Below, in pieces: positions 17,531 to 27,228 of a stretch of 64,000 bases of DNA. Numbering within the stretch: position 1 is the stretch's first letter; each line of letters opens with the position of its first letter. The notes under the pieces were generated by a model. It saw nothing but the letters and a program-made list of their open reading frames with translations. It was not told the origin of the DNA and ran no database searches. The position numbers and the translations under genes were made by a program. The DNA comes from a virus, in IMG/VR virus record IMGVR_UViG_3300031616_000001, positions 54,180-118,179 of that record; one strand, written 5' to 3'.

Positions 17531-17545
17531 CGTTGTTATAGACAA
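17525..17545 (-). mobile_element. lone core site, attI-like or secondary insertion site
   Basis: Minus strand CTATAACAAC-GTTAGGC, with no inverse core nearby. Confidence 0.5.
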
Positions 17546-17710
17546 CACGTGATGTGTTCGCACGAGTTTTGCGTCACCCAAGAATCGAGCACTGGCGCGG
17601 CGCTGCGGGGTGGCGTGATGCATAACTTTGGCGCCACTCACCGCGAGACACGCCGGCGAGCCGAAGAGCTGGTGCGCTGGCGACCTTGATTCACCGGGCC
17701 GCGCAGTATC

Positions 17711-18148
17711 TCAGCGCTTCGCCGCGATGATCTTGTCGACCTCGGGCGCTGCGGTGACCTGGTCGACGAGCTCGACAGTGGCGAGGCCGGCCCACGCCGG
17801 TCCGCCCATCGACGTCCGCACGTAGATCTTCTCGCCGCTGCGCACGACGACGTCGAGCGTGGCGACACCCGAGTACATCGTGCTCGGCGCCGACACCACG
17901 TGCGGGCCCGGCGCGGCCTTGGCGGCGAACCACTCACCTGGTACTGACTTGCCGACGCGCAGGCCGTCGACGAGCAGCTCCGGTCGCTGGCCGTGGCCGA
18001 ACAACGAGTACATCGGCCGGTAGAAGACGATGGTGCCGGCGCGCGGATCCTGGTCGGCTGGGTTCGGTGGTAGCGGCGCCATCGCGCAGCCGGCGGCGAT
18101 CAGCAATGGCAGCAGCGCGAGTGCGCGCAACACTTTGGTTCTGTTCAT
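17711..18148 (-). CDS. DUF2846-like lipoprotein
   Basis: Signal peptide with lipobox IAAGC; IVFYRP, GPHVV, GEKIYVR. Confidence 0.75.
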   Translation of the reverse strand: MNRTKVLRALALLPLLIAAGCAMAPLPPNPADQDPRAGTIVFYRPMYSLFGHGQRPELLVDGLRVGKSVPGEWFAAKAAPGPHVVSAPSTMYSGVATLDVVVRSGEKIYVRTSMGGPAWAGLATVELVDQVTAAPEVDKIIAAKR

Positions 18149-18618
18149 GACGTGGGGCCTCCAACTCGTAGGATGCCTCGGACGTCGCGCCGCGGCAACT
18201 GCCGACATGCACGCCACCGTGAAAAACGGTACATTCCGGCCCCATGGAACGACGAGTGAAACCTCAATCCTGCCCTTGAACAAGGTGCGGCGAGCGGTCT
18301 GATCCCCGCGGGTACAAAGTTTCGCCGCCACTCGCAACGATTCCGCGCGGTGCTTGCGCATGGCATCGCTCCAACGGCCTCGAGGTGCAAACGCCTCGAG
18401 GCCGTTGGTCATTCTGAGCTTGCCAACGCATCGACACCTGGTGGAAAATCGAGCCTTCCCGGGATAAACCTAGCCCCCTAGGCGCCGCGCACCCTCGACG
18501 GCATTCATGTCCTGGCTGTAAAGGCAGCAGAGGCCTCATACACCCAAGCGCGCAGCGCAACGGGTGTCTGGCGACGGCGGGGCTTCGGCCCCGCTCAAGC
18601 CTTGCACTTGAAGCGCGA

Positions 18619-19110
18619 CTACTCATCCGAGGCACAGGAACTTCCCCCGCCGGGGGACACCTCGCCATCGGGTCGCGGTTGCCACGGGATCTCGCCGAAC
18701 TGCTTGCACTTGTCGCACGGCCGACGGAAAAACGGCGTCTCGTTGCCCTGCGGATACCAACGCGCTCGGGGCCGCATGTTGCGCGCGTTGTTCACCGGCT
18801 TGTGCCCGCACAGCGAGACACCGGTGCCGGCGTCGACCAGGTGCACCAGGTGGCCGCCGGCGGCGCGCGCCAGGTATGTCTCGCCGCGGCCGGTGCGGGC
18901 TTGCTCGATGGACTCGTCGGCCGCGGCTTCGCGCGCCTCGCGATCGCGGATCGATTGGCGGCCGTCACGGATCATCGCGAACAGCCGCAGCTCGCGCTTG
19001 CCGTCTTCGGTGTCAGCGAAGCAGTCGTAGTGCGCCCGGGCTCGCGTATGCCACGGCTGGCCAGGCTCAATCGGCAGGTTGCAAAGCGGGCAGATATCGA
19101 CGTCATTCAT
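18619..19110 (-). CDS. hypothetical Zn-binding protein
   Basis: CPLC..HYDC; LCG; CDKC. Confidence 0.55.
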   Translation of the reverse strand: MNDVDICPLCNLPIEPGQPWHTRARAHYDCFADTEDGKRELRLFAMIRDGRQSIRDREAREAAADESIEQARTGRGETYLARAAGGHLVHLVDAGTGVSLCGHKPVNNARNMRPRARWYPQGNETPFFRRPCDKCKQFGEIPWQPRPDGEVSPGGGSSCASDE

Positions 19111-19540
19111 CTGTCTGATCGCCGCCATATATGCGATCGAGAAACGCCTCGGCTTCTGCTGCATCCTGCGCCCTGCGGAGTCGCGCGCGCCGGCCGAGGA
19201 ACGGCAGAATGCGATGCCACCAGCGGTGCTCGAGGCGGTCGATCATCTCGTCGAGCGCCGCCGCCATCGACGGCGCTTGCTCTACGAGGCGTGCCGCGAG
19301 CCTGCGCGCTGATTCGTCGGATTGCGTAGCCGGTGGGTCAGGCAACTCCTCCATCACCCAGATCTGCGCGCCGTACTCGCTGCGGCGGCCGCTGTCGACG
19401 TAGCGGATCGGGAAGTAGCGGCCGGCGATCTCCATGGGCACGACGACGGCCTGCGCGCGCACGGTGTTCACGCGCATGCGGCCGGCGGCCGGACCACCCT
19501 CGAAGACGATCGTCGGGCTTGCAGCGGGGAGCCTGGCCAT
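19103..19540 (-). CDS. hypothetical protein
   Basis: Co-oriented operon ORF. Confidence 0.5.
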   Translation of the reverse strand: MARLPAASPTIVFEGGPAAGRMRVNTVRAQAVVVPMEIAGRYFPIRYVDSGRRSEYGAQIWVMEELPDPPATQSDESARRLAARLVEQAPSMAAALDEMIDRLEHRWWHRILPFLGRRARLRRAQDAAEAEAFLDRIYGGDQTDE

Positions 19541-19542
19541 AG

Positions 19543-19911
19543 TCAGGAATGCGTAGGCAGGGGAGTCGACATCAGATCCGCTTCGACGAGCTCGAACAAG
19601 CCGGCCAGTTCGGCGATGCTCAGCGCATCGACCCGCGCTGCCAGCTCAGTCGAGTCGTCGAGGGCATCAACGAGCACGCGGCAGATCTGCACCAGGTCTG
19701 TCAGGCCAAGAGCACCGAGGCTGTAGGCCGTCCGCAGGCGTTGCCATTCGCCGTCGCTGAATTCAGCGCGCAGGTCGTGTTGATAGCTCTTCATCAGCTG
19801 CAGGTAGCGGTCGACGATCTGATTGATGCGCCCGCTTGCGCCCTCGCCGCCGCGCATCGCGCTCATCGTGCGCTCGGTCAGGTAGAGCGAAACGGATTTG
19901 GACTTGGCCAT
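19543..19911 (-). CDS. putative ribbon-helix-helix DNA-binding protein
   Basis: KSVSLYLTE beta strand followed by SGRINQIVDRY helix; GGAG RBS. Confidence 0.55.
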   Translation of the reverse strand: MAKSKSVSLYLTERTMSAMRGGEGASGRINQIVDRYLQLMKSYQHDLRAEFSDGEWQRLRTAYSLGALGLTDLVQICRVLVDALDDSTELAARVDALSIAELAGLFELVEADLMSTPLPTHS

Positions 19912-19950
19912 GTTGTTCTCCTCGGGAATGCGTAGCAGGGGGGTAGCCTA

Positions 19951-20793
19951 TCAAGGATGAGGATCCGGAGGCGCGGGGCGTTCCATCAGATCGTCCGGAT
20001 GCTTGCCGTAGAGCCTGGCGATGGGCTCGCGCAGATCGCGCCGCAGTTCGTCGACGAGCCGCTGCAGGACCTTGACTCGTGCTGCGTCGGCGCTGATCGC
20101 ACGGCCCTCCATCTCGGCGGCGGCCTCGTAGGCCTCGTCGTCGACATAGGGAAGCTCTCCATACCCGCTGAGGCTATAGCCGATGAGCTGCGCGAACTGC
20201 TGGCGATCGGCGTTGCTGAACTCGAGGCAGGCGATCGCGTTGAGGTCCATACCGCGTGGCTTCGCCCAATCGAGCAGCATGCGCACGATAGCGTTGCCTT
20301 GAAAGCGTGTCTTGCCGTCGACGTCGACGAGCGGCTGAATGGGTTGCGGCAATTGCATGTCGGCCTCCTGAGTTGCGGATTGCGTAGCCGGGGGTACCGC
20401 TTGAGATTGCGTAGCCGGGGGTGGCGCCTTCAGCGCGACCATGCCGTGGCCGGCAAGCGAACGCGCCGTCTGGCGGTCCAATGCCTCGCCGAAAGCGGTG
20501 CGCGGCGTCAGCACCTCCCACATGCCGAGCGCGCCGCCAAGGCCGATCAGCGTCAAAGCCGCGCCCTGATCGCCGAGCCACGCGCCGAGCTCGATGTAGG
20601 TGAGCTCGAGGCCGCAAAACACGTCGAGAATCTCGTGGAACTCGCCTTCGTGCTTGTCCACGAGCGAGCGCAGCGCAGCGGCATCCGCGGTCGGCTTCGC
20701 CTTGACGCCGAAGAAGATCACGTCGACGGCGCCGGCTTCGTTAGGCACACATTGCTCGGCATGCGCGGCGATGTACTCGGACAGCGTGCTCAT
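19951..20793 (-). CDS. two-domain hypothetical protein (possible internal start 20358)
   Basis: YIELGAWLGDQGAAL domain; QFAQLIGYSLSGYGEL domain preceded by GGAGG RBS. Confidence 0.6.
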   Translation of the reverse strand: MSTLSEYIAAHAEQCVPNEAGAVDVIFFGVKAKPTADAAALRSLVDKHEGEFHEILDVFCGLELTYIELGAWLGDQGAALTLIGLGGALGMWEVLTPRTAFGEALDRQTARSLAGHGMVALKAPPPATQSQAVPPATQSATQEADMQLPQPIQPLVDVDGKTRFQGNAIVRMLLDWAKPRGMDLNAIACLEFSNADRQQFAQLIGYSLSGYGELPYVDDEAYEAAAEMEGRAISADAARVKVLQRLVDELRRDLREPIARLYGKHPDDLMERPAPPDPHP

Positions 20794-21002
20794 GATGTTC
20801 TCCCGGTGGCTTTGGCGATGGCGGCGTCGATGTAGTCGAGTGCAGCGTTGATCTGGCGAGCACGCTTGCGCTCTTCGGCGTCGCGGTACGTTCTGAGGTC
20901 GTCGGCAATCGTGGCCATTTCGTTCCTGACGAGTGACAGCCCGTCGCGCTCGGTCTTGTTCGGTTTGCGCAGTCGCGGCCCCGGCGTGTGCACCGCGCTC
21001 AT
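20790..21002 (-). CDS. hypothetical protein (HTPG...AIAKATG type)
   Basis: Coupled ORF. Confidence 0.5.
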   Translation of the reverse strand: MSAVHTPGPRLRKPNKTERDGLSLVRNEMATIADDLRTYRDAEERKRARQINAALDYIDAAIAKATGRTS

Positions 21003-21115
21003 TGCTGACCCCACTTCGCATAGACGAACAAGGCGGCGACGCCGGCGCCGATGGCAGTGAGAACGCCGACGCAGAACCCGAACCAGAACTGCGCTTCGAA
21101 GGTCAGCGCGCTCAT
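20999..21115 (-). CDS. small membrane protein
   Basis: Single TM segment; coupled. Confidence 0.45.
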   Translation of the reverse strand: MSALTFEAQFWFGFCVGVLTAIGAGVAALFVYAKWGQQ

Positions 21116-21537
21116 GAGGCGGTCCCGGTGGCCTTTGCGATGACGGCCAGCGCTTGCTCTGCGGCGTGTGCATGCTGCATTGGCTGTTGGGCCTCGGCGC
21201 ATGCGGTCAGCGCTTCCAGCATCTCGGCGATCAGCTCGTCGCGGTCGTCGAATGGCGTGAGCTCATGTGTCGGAACGGTCTGCTTGTAGATTCTGATTTC
21301 ACGCATCCCATCGCGCGCTGCAATGACGATCGGCAGGTCAAGCGCAATCGTTGCCATCAGCGCCCGGTCTTCGACACCGAGGCTGTACACCGTGCCGGTA
21401 ACGCGTTTACCGTCATAGTCGCGATGACGAACGTGCTGACCAATGTGCAGATTCAATGCGACTCCGGCGTTCTGGGCTACGAGACAGAAACCCTCGCATT
21501 CGACGCACTGACGACCGGGCGTGTGCTGCGCGCTCAC
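21112..21537 (-). CDS. hypothetical protein (HTPG...IAKATG type)
   Basis: GTG start with GGTGG RBS. Confidence 0.55.
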   Translation of the reverse strand: MSAQHTPGRQCVECEGFCLVAQNAGVALNLHIGQHVRHRDYDGKRVTGTVYSLGVEDRALMATIALDLPIVIAARDGMREIRIYKQTVPTHELTPFDDRDELIAEMLEALTACAEAQQPMQHAHAAEQALAVIAKATGTAS

Positions 21538-22013
21538 GGCGTTACCACCTGGGATTGCGTAGCGGGGGCTGCAGGTGCCGGCGAGACAGCGGCTTTCGTC
21601 ACGTTGATGACGACGATGAGGCTGCGGCCATGCTTCATCTTGACCCGGTCTTCCTTGCTGCCGGCATACTCGCGTTCGATCTCGCGGAAGCCGAGTTCGA
21701 CGAGCGCCGCGTGCAGTTTGTCGTCGCACGTGCAGATCGCCGGCATGATGCGCAGCGTCTTGCCGTGGTCCCACGTGCTCATGTCGCGTCTGGCCAGCCG
21801 CACACCGAGGTCGTGCAGCGGCCGCAGGAAGGGGTCGAGCAGCGCGAGCTTTGCGCGGAGCGACTTGATCTCGGCGAGGCGCCGGGCGTGCAGATAATCG
21901 GCGTGCGCGGCCGAAATCTCTTCGAGCGTGCGCGGTGCGCGGCCGTTGAACTTCAGGTGGTTGTCCCACTGGTCGAGCAGTTGGAACGGCGCGGCGGGTG
22001 TGGTGGTCTGCAT
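21534..22013 (-). CDS. hypothetical protein
   Basis: AGGAG RBS. Confidence 0.6.
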   Translation of the reverse strand: MQTTTPAAPFQLLDQWDNHLKFNGRAPRTLEEISAAHADYLHARRLAEIKSLRAKLALLDPFLRPLHDLGVRLARRDMSTWDHGKTLRIMPAICTCDDKLHAALVELGFREIEREYAGSKEDRVKMKHGRSLIVVINVTKAAVSPAPAAPATQSQVVTP

Positions 22014-22082
22014 GGTCTGATCTCCTGTTTTGGGATTGCGTAGGCAAGGGGGTGCGGGCTTGCGAATGCGTAGGCGGGGGGG

Positions 22083-24653
22083 TCAGGTCGAGGCGGCCTC
22101 GCTGCAGGTCTGCGGCGCCGAGTCCGCGGCCGCGAAGTACCGCGCGGCGCCGGCATCGATCACGGCGACCATCGCCGCGCGTTCGTCGCCGCGGACGGCG
22201 GCCAGGTCGCGCAACCGGCTCACAGCGGCGCGATACGCGGCCGTCAGCGCGCCGCCGTCGGATTCCGTGGCCAGGGCACCGCCGCACGTCTCCAGGCGCT
22301 CAGCGGCCCGCATGATCTCCTCGCGGGTTACGGTTCCGTCCGCCCAGGCCTCGCACTTGCGCAACTGGTTGTGCGTGATCGCCGCCACTTGATCTGACGA
22401 CAGCACCGGGCTGCGCGGCTGCATGCCGTCGAGCGCATCGGCCGGCATCGAGGTCTTGCCCTGGTCGTCGCGGTGCGCGAGGATCAATTCGCCGCCTTGG
22501 ATCAGCAGCAGGCCGACGCCCGGGTGTGCCTCCATGTACGCATTCGCGGCGTCGACCTCGGCTTCCGGGAAGCGCGCGACAGCACGGAACCAGCGGCCGC
22601 ACGTGGCGACGTAATCGGGAGCGGCGGCGACGCTGACCGATTCGCCGGGCGGGGGTGCGTCCTTCGCTGGCGCTTCGAGCACGACCAGCACCGTATGCAC
22701 ACCGGTGCCAGAGGTCTCGAACGTGCCGGACGGCAGCGCCTCGATGCTGCTGCCGAGGCGCTCGACCAGCGCGCGAAAGTCTCGGGTCTTCCGATCGGAT
22801 CTGAAGCTAACACCGGCCGACATGATCGCGACCAAGCGACCGCCCGGCGCCAGGAACTGCAACGCGTGGTTCACGTGGTCGACGTCTGCGCCCTTGGCGA
22901 AGGGCGGGTTCATCAGGATCGCGTGAAAGTGGCTGCCGAGGGTCGCGATCGAGCACGCCAGGAAGTCACCGACCGCGAGCCGATCGACGCGCGAGCGCAC
23001 GCCATCCGCCAAGGCGTGATTGATCTCCACGGCCGTGATGTGCTTCGCGTGGCCCTCGGCGAGGATCGCGTCGACGAGTCGGCCAGTGCCTGCGCTCGGT
23101 TCGAGCACGTAGTCGCCCTGCGTGATGTTGGCAAGCTCCACCATGCGGACCGCCAGCTCGGGCGGCGTCGGGAATAACTGCGGCGCGCTGACCACCTTAA
23201 CGCCGGCCTTCAAGCTGTCGCGCATGGCTTGGAACTGATCGCGCTGTGAGTCCGTAGCCAGGGGGGCGGATTGCGTAGGTACGTGGGGCAGGGCGGCCGG
23301 CTCGATCTGGCGCTCGAACTTCGCCGGCTCGGCGGGGGCCTTCGGCTCGCTGTTCCACGGCCCGCGCGCGCGCCCCTTCGGCAGTGCGCCCGGCGCCGCT
23401 GGCGTGGATTCCTTCGCATCGGTCAGGAACACCGGAACGCGCTTCCAGCCGCCCGCGCTGCTGCACGCGGTGCGGTGCCGATGCTCGACCGCTTCGGGCG
23501 TGGCTTTGATCTTGTCCACGAAATAGGAATCGCTGCACCGGGTCGCGCGCTTCCATTCCTCCGCGGTCATTTCCTTGCAGTCGTCTGTGCGATAGTTGCA
23601 CAGCGGTGCCAGCTTGGACACGGCCGCCACCTTGGCCACTTCTTCCGGCTCAGGCGCGCGGTAATCCTTGACCTCCTCGATGCCGCGCACGTTGACATAG
23701 CGCGCCGTGGTCGTGAGGCTCACAACCTTGCCGCCGCTCTTGTTGATGCGCAGGACCACGCACCACTCGGCGCCGATCAGCACACGCCCGCCAATCTGGA
23801 TGTCGAATTGCTCCGCCGCGATCCCGCCGGAGTCCCCCAGCATCGCGCGCTCGTACTCCAGGCGGTTGCCGATGTGATCGAGCCAGCGGCGCGCGTGCGC
23901 GATCATGGCTTCGCACTGCACCAGCGATTCACGCCAAGCGGTGTCACCGTGCATGCGGCCGGCGCTCAGTTCCGAATAGATGCCATACGAGCCGACCGAG
24001 ATTCGACCGGCGAAAAACGTCGCCACTGCGGTCTGTTTGTCCCACTCGTAGCGCGGGATTTTCTGCCACGTGCGCGCCGCCGCCTCGTGATCATCAACGG
24101 TCTTCTGTTGCTTGCGCTGGTCTGACTCCAAGCCCTTGATGCGACGATGGCGCACGCCCGGGTCTTCCTTGTACTTGGCATGGCGCAGCGCACCGGCCGC
24201 GCGTGCCTTCCAGTAGGCCGAGGTCTCGAACGCCTTCACGGCCTTGCGCATGCCGTTCTCGATGCGCTCGGCATCCTTGCGCGCGTGCCGCTCGGAATGG
24301 TGGCCGACGAGGATCGGCTGGCCCAGCGGGATACCGTCCGTGATCTTGCGCACGTGCTCGGCCAAGTAGACCGCCTCGGCGCCGCGCTTGTCTTCATACT
24401 CCCCGAAGCGCTCCGCGCGTTCTTCCGCGCGGTCCATCAGCGAACGGTCGTCGTCCTCGATCTCGGCGGCCAGCTCGATGCAAAGATCGGCGCGGCCCGG
24501 CGTCCACATCGGCGCAATGAATTGCTCTTGCTTCGGGGCCCAGGCAAAGCCTGCGGCCTTGACACGGGCGTAGGTGTCGGCGTCCAGGCGAGCCGATGCG
24601 GTCAACCGCAATTTGTTGTCGTCGGGCGAATACGTGGCGGTATAGGTGGTCAT
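22083..24653 (-). CDS. DUF3560 domain fused to an N6-adenine-type DNA methyltransferase
   Basis: YTATYSPDDNKLRL, GQPILVGHHSERHAR; FPTP, VLEPSAGTG, ILMNPPF. Confidence 0.85.
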   Translation of the reverse strand: MTTYTATYSPDDNKLRLTASARLDADTYARVKAAGFAWAPKQEQFIAPMWTPGRADLCIELAAEIEDDDRSLMDRAEERAERFGEYEDKRGAEAVYLAEHVRKITDGIPLGQPILVGHHSERHARKDAERIENGMRKAVKAFETSAYWKARAAGALRHAKYKEDPGVRHRRIKGLESDQRKQQKTVDDHEAAARTWQKIPRYEWDKQTAVATFFAGRISVGSYGIYSELSAGRMHGDTAWRESLVQCEAMIAHARRWLDHIGNRLEYERAMLGDSGGIAAEQFDIQIGGRVLIGAEWCVVLRINKSGGKVVSLTTTARYVNVRGIEEVKDYRAPEPEEVAKVAAVSKLAPLCNYRTDDCKEMTAEEWKRATRCSDSYFVDKIKATPEAVEHRHRTACSSAGGWKRVPVFLTDAKESTPAAPGALPKGRARGPWNSEPKAPAEPAKFERQIEPAALPHVPTQSAPLATDSQRDQFQAMRDSLKAGVKVVSAPQLFPTPPELAVRMVELANITQGDYVLEPSAGTGRLVDAILAEGHAKHITAVEINHALADGVRSRVDRLAVGDFLACSIATLGSHFHAILMNPPFAKGADVDHVNHALQFLAPGGRLVAIMSAGVSFRSDRKTRDFRALVERLGSSIEALPSGTFETSGTGVHTVLVVLEAPAKDAPPPGESVSVAAAPDYVATCGRWFRAVARFPEAEVDAANAYMEAHPGVGLLLIQGGELILAHRDDQGKTSMPADALDGMQPRSPVLSSDQVAAITHNQLRKCEAWADGTVTREEIMRAAERLETCGGALATESDGGALTAAYRAAVSRLRDLAAVRGDERAAMVAVIDAGAARYFAAADSAPQTCSEAAST

Positions 24654-24660
24654 GGTGAGG

Positions 24661-24702
24661 CTCCTTGATGCTGCGCCCGTTGGTGGGCGTGATGGGTTTG
24701 GA
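24661..24702 (-). promoter_or_regulatory. repeated 5' leader (related copies at 26052-26092 and 29553-29593)
   Basis: TCCAAACCCATCAC-hairpin-AGCATCAAGGAG before the start codon. Confidence 0.6.
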
Positions 24703-24744
24703 GTGCGTAGGCAGGGGGTGTGCAGGAATGCGTAGCCAGGGGTT

Positions 24745-26043
24745 TCAGACCGCGCGGTTCTTGTTGCGCTCGTGGCTGGCCCATTCGAGCAACTTCGTGC
24801 CGAACTGCATGGCTTGGCCGGGTTGCGTCAGATCGAAGTCGATGTCGTTGTCGGCGTGGCCGATGGGCAGTTCGTCGTGCAGCTTGGCGCCGGTGTCCGC
24901 GATGACCTCTGCCACTTGCTGCTCAGAGTCCGCGCGCACCCAATACACCCGGTCGTCGGTGTCGTCGGTGCCGCCGTCGAATCCCGCGGCCGTAACTTCC
25001 CAGACGTGCGAGCGCGGCGCGTGCTTCGCGTCGAAGGCCTTCACCAGCCCCGGCAGTGCGGCGTGGTCGGTGCGCTCGATGTCTTCGACGTGGTTGCCGT
25101 CGGCATCGTGAATCGCAAACGTGCAGGGGATCGGCTCGGCGTCGGCCAGGGCGCGGCCGTCGATGCGCGCATCGCTCAGCGTCGTGCACTCCGCTACGGT
25201 TTGCTCGCCGTCGATCATCACGTAGAACGGGCCGCGGGGGCGTGCGCCGGCCGCGAGCCGCGCCAGGGCATAGGCATGCACCGGCGAGCCGACGGCAGCC
25301 ATGCGGGTGACGTAGGCGTGGGCGTCGTCGTCGCTGGCGAATCGGTTCTGTTCGTCGTCGCGCTGCAGGTCGCGGTCGTCGTTGAACAGCGCCCAGCCCT
25401 CGGCCTGACCCAGCGCGCCGAGTGCGGCGGCGAGTTCCTTCGCGCATTCCTCCCAGCGGTCCCAGCGCTCGCAGTAGTCGCGCAGCCATTCGCGATGGAT
25501 GCTGTTCTGCAGCACGTCGGAAACGTGCTGGTCGTCTTCGAGTTCTGCCAGCAGCTCATCAGCGCTCTTGAAGGGCAGGCCGTGCGCCTCGCAATACGCT
25601 TCGAGTTCGTCGCAGAGCGCGGCCTCGCTCGGCAGCTCGGGCGCGACCTCTGAGCGGTCGCCGATCACCGCACGCACGGCGGCGAGCAGCACCGGCACGC
25701 CATCCTGTGTGTCGTCGTCTTCGAACCCGGCAATGAAGGCCTCGCAGCGCTGCAGCAGCGGGATTGCCAGCGCGACCGGCGCGGCCTCGTCGTTCTCGTC
25801 GCTGGTGTACGTGGGAATCGTCGCGTTCGCGAAGAACTGTTCGGCCGCGCTGAGCCATGCGCCTTGCTCGTCGGTGCAGGTCGGACCCGTCTCGATGTCG
25901 CCCACCTGCGGCGCACGCGTGAACCAGCGCGCGGACATGCCCAGGTCCGGCCGGTCGTCGGCTTCGCCTTCGTGCACGGCATAGCCGGCGGCCTGCAGCA
26001 GTTGAATCAGGCGGTCTGCGATGTCGGATCGATTGGTGCTCAT
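24745..26043 (-). CDS. acidic multidomain hypothetical protein
   Basis: 432-aa ORF with AAGGAG RBS. Confidence 0.65.
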   Translation of the reverse strand: MSTNRSDIADRLIQLLQAAGYAVHEGEADDRPDLGMSARWFTRAPQVGDIETGPTCTDEQGAWLSAAEQFFANATIPTYTSDENDEAAPVALAIPLLQRCEAFIAGFEDDDTQDGVPVLLAAVRAVIGDRSEVAPELPSEAALCDELEAYCEAHGLPFKSADELLAELEDDQHVSDVLQNSIHREWLRDYCERWDRWEECAKELAAALGALGQAEGWALFNDDRDLQRDDEQNRFASDDDAHAYVTRMAAVGSPVHAYALARLAAGARPRGPFYVMIDGEQTVAECTTLSDARIDGRALADAEPIPCTFAIHDADGNHVEDIERTDHAALPGLVKAFDAKHAPRSHVWEVTAAGFDGGTDDTDDRVYWVRADSEQQVAEVIADTGAKLHDELPIGHADNDIDFDLTQPGQAMQFGTKLLEWASHERNKNRAV

Positions 26044-26115
26044 GAGTGGTTCTCCTTGATGCTTCGCGCTCGTCGCGCGTGATGGGTTTGGAAACTGGAA
26101 TGCGTAGTCGGAGGG

Positions 26116-26262
26116 CTACTGACGGTCGATCCAGTCTTCGCGGCGTTCGTCGTGCGTCAGCGCTTCGGCGCGTTTGCGGTCGGCGCGAATCGATCGCGCA
26201 ACCGCGATGCCGGCCCAGAGAATGGCCGCAGCAGCGGCGCCGATCACGAGGTATTCAGTCAT
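26116..26262 (-). CDS. small membrane protein
   Basis: MTEYLVIGAAAAAILWAGIAV. Confidence 0.5.
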   Translation of the reverse strand: MTEYLVIGAAAAAILWAGIAVARSIRADRKRAEALTHDERREDWIDRQ

Positions 26263-26720
26263 CAGTCTTCCTTGGGTTGTGCCGTGGTGGCGGCGTTGAG
26301 ATTGCGTAGGCAGGGGTAGGGCAGCGCGGATTCTGGGGCAGCCGGCGTGTGCTTGGTGCGCGGCGCTGGCACGGCGCGATTGAGGAACGCGCGCGCCTCT
26401 CGGAACGCGCGACGATGCGCGCGCCCGCGTTTCGCGCATGCCTTGGCGCCCTCGTGCTCGCCATCCTTGCGATTGCGCTCGGCGGTGTACTCCTGTTCAT
26501 CTGCGGCGCAGTCGGCAGCATCGATCAACGCCGACAGAAGCGCGACCGGCACGATCACATTGACCGGCCCGCCGCTCACGTAGCGGATACCGGAGCGGAT
26601 GCTTTCGTCGTCGTTGAACGTATCGAGCAGATGCAGCGCGGCGCCTTCGCCGGTCTCGTCGGCTTCGGCCTGCGTCTTGGCCTTGATGGTCAGTTCGAGA
26701 ATCGTGCGGAAGTTGGGCAT
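26262..26720 (-). CDS. hypothetical protein
   Basis: GGAGG RBS; MPNFRT... Confidence 0.55.
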   Translation of the reverse strand: MPNFRTILELTIKAKTQAEADETGEGAALHLLDTFNDDESIRSGIRYVSGGPVNVIVPVALLSALIDAADCAADEQEYTAERNRKDGEHEGAKACAKRGRAHRRAFREARAFLNRAVPAPRTKHTPAAPESALPYPCLRNLNAATTAQPKED

Positions 26721-26772
26721 GGGTTCCTCCTGTGAATGCGTAGCGGGGGGCGCGGAATGCGTAGCCAGGGGC

Positions 26773-27228
26773 TCAGGCCTTGGCCCGTTGCGTGCGGCGA
26801 TAGCGACGGAGTTCGCGCAGCGCATCGGCGACGTATGCGCGCGAGCGCTCCACGTTGATTGCAAGGCACCATTTCGGAAACTCGCGGCACTTGCGGTCGG
26901 CGTAAACCTTGATCGTCGCGTTCGGGAAGTCGTAGCTTTTGAGCATGGCCCTCTCCTCGGTTTCGTTGACAGCGGCCGGCGCGTCGAGCGTGCAGGCTTG
27001 AATCGCGGCAATCACTCGGGCGCGCCGATGGTGCGGCGGGTAGCGCGCCTCGATGCGCTCGCACCAGTCCAGCGGCGTGACGCGCTCGCCGGGTTCGATC
27101 AGGAACGCGAACACGTCACAGGCATGGCGGAACGTCTTCAGCACGTGCGGCGGAATGCTGGCCGCGGGTTGCATGGGAACCTGCAGGCCGCCGCGATGCG
27201 TACGCATGATCCAGACCGCCGTGCTCAC
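26773..27228 (-). CDS. hypothetical protein
   Basis: GTGA-coupled ORF. Confidence 0.45.
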   Translation of the reverse strand: MSTAVWIMRTHRGGLQVPMQPAASIPPHVLKTFRHACDVFAFLIEPGERVTPLDWCERIEARYPPHHRRARVIAAIQACTLDAPAAVNETEERAMLKSYDFPNATIKVYADRKCREFPKWCLAINVERSRAYVADALRELRRYRRTQRAKA

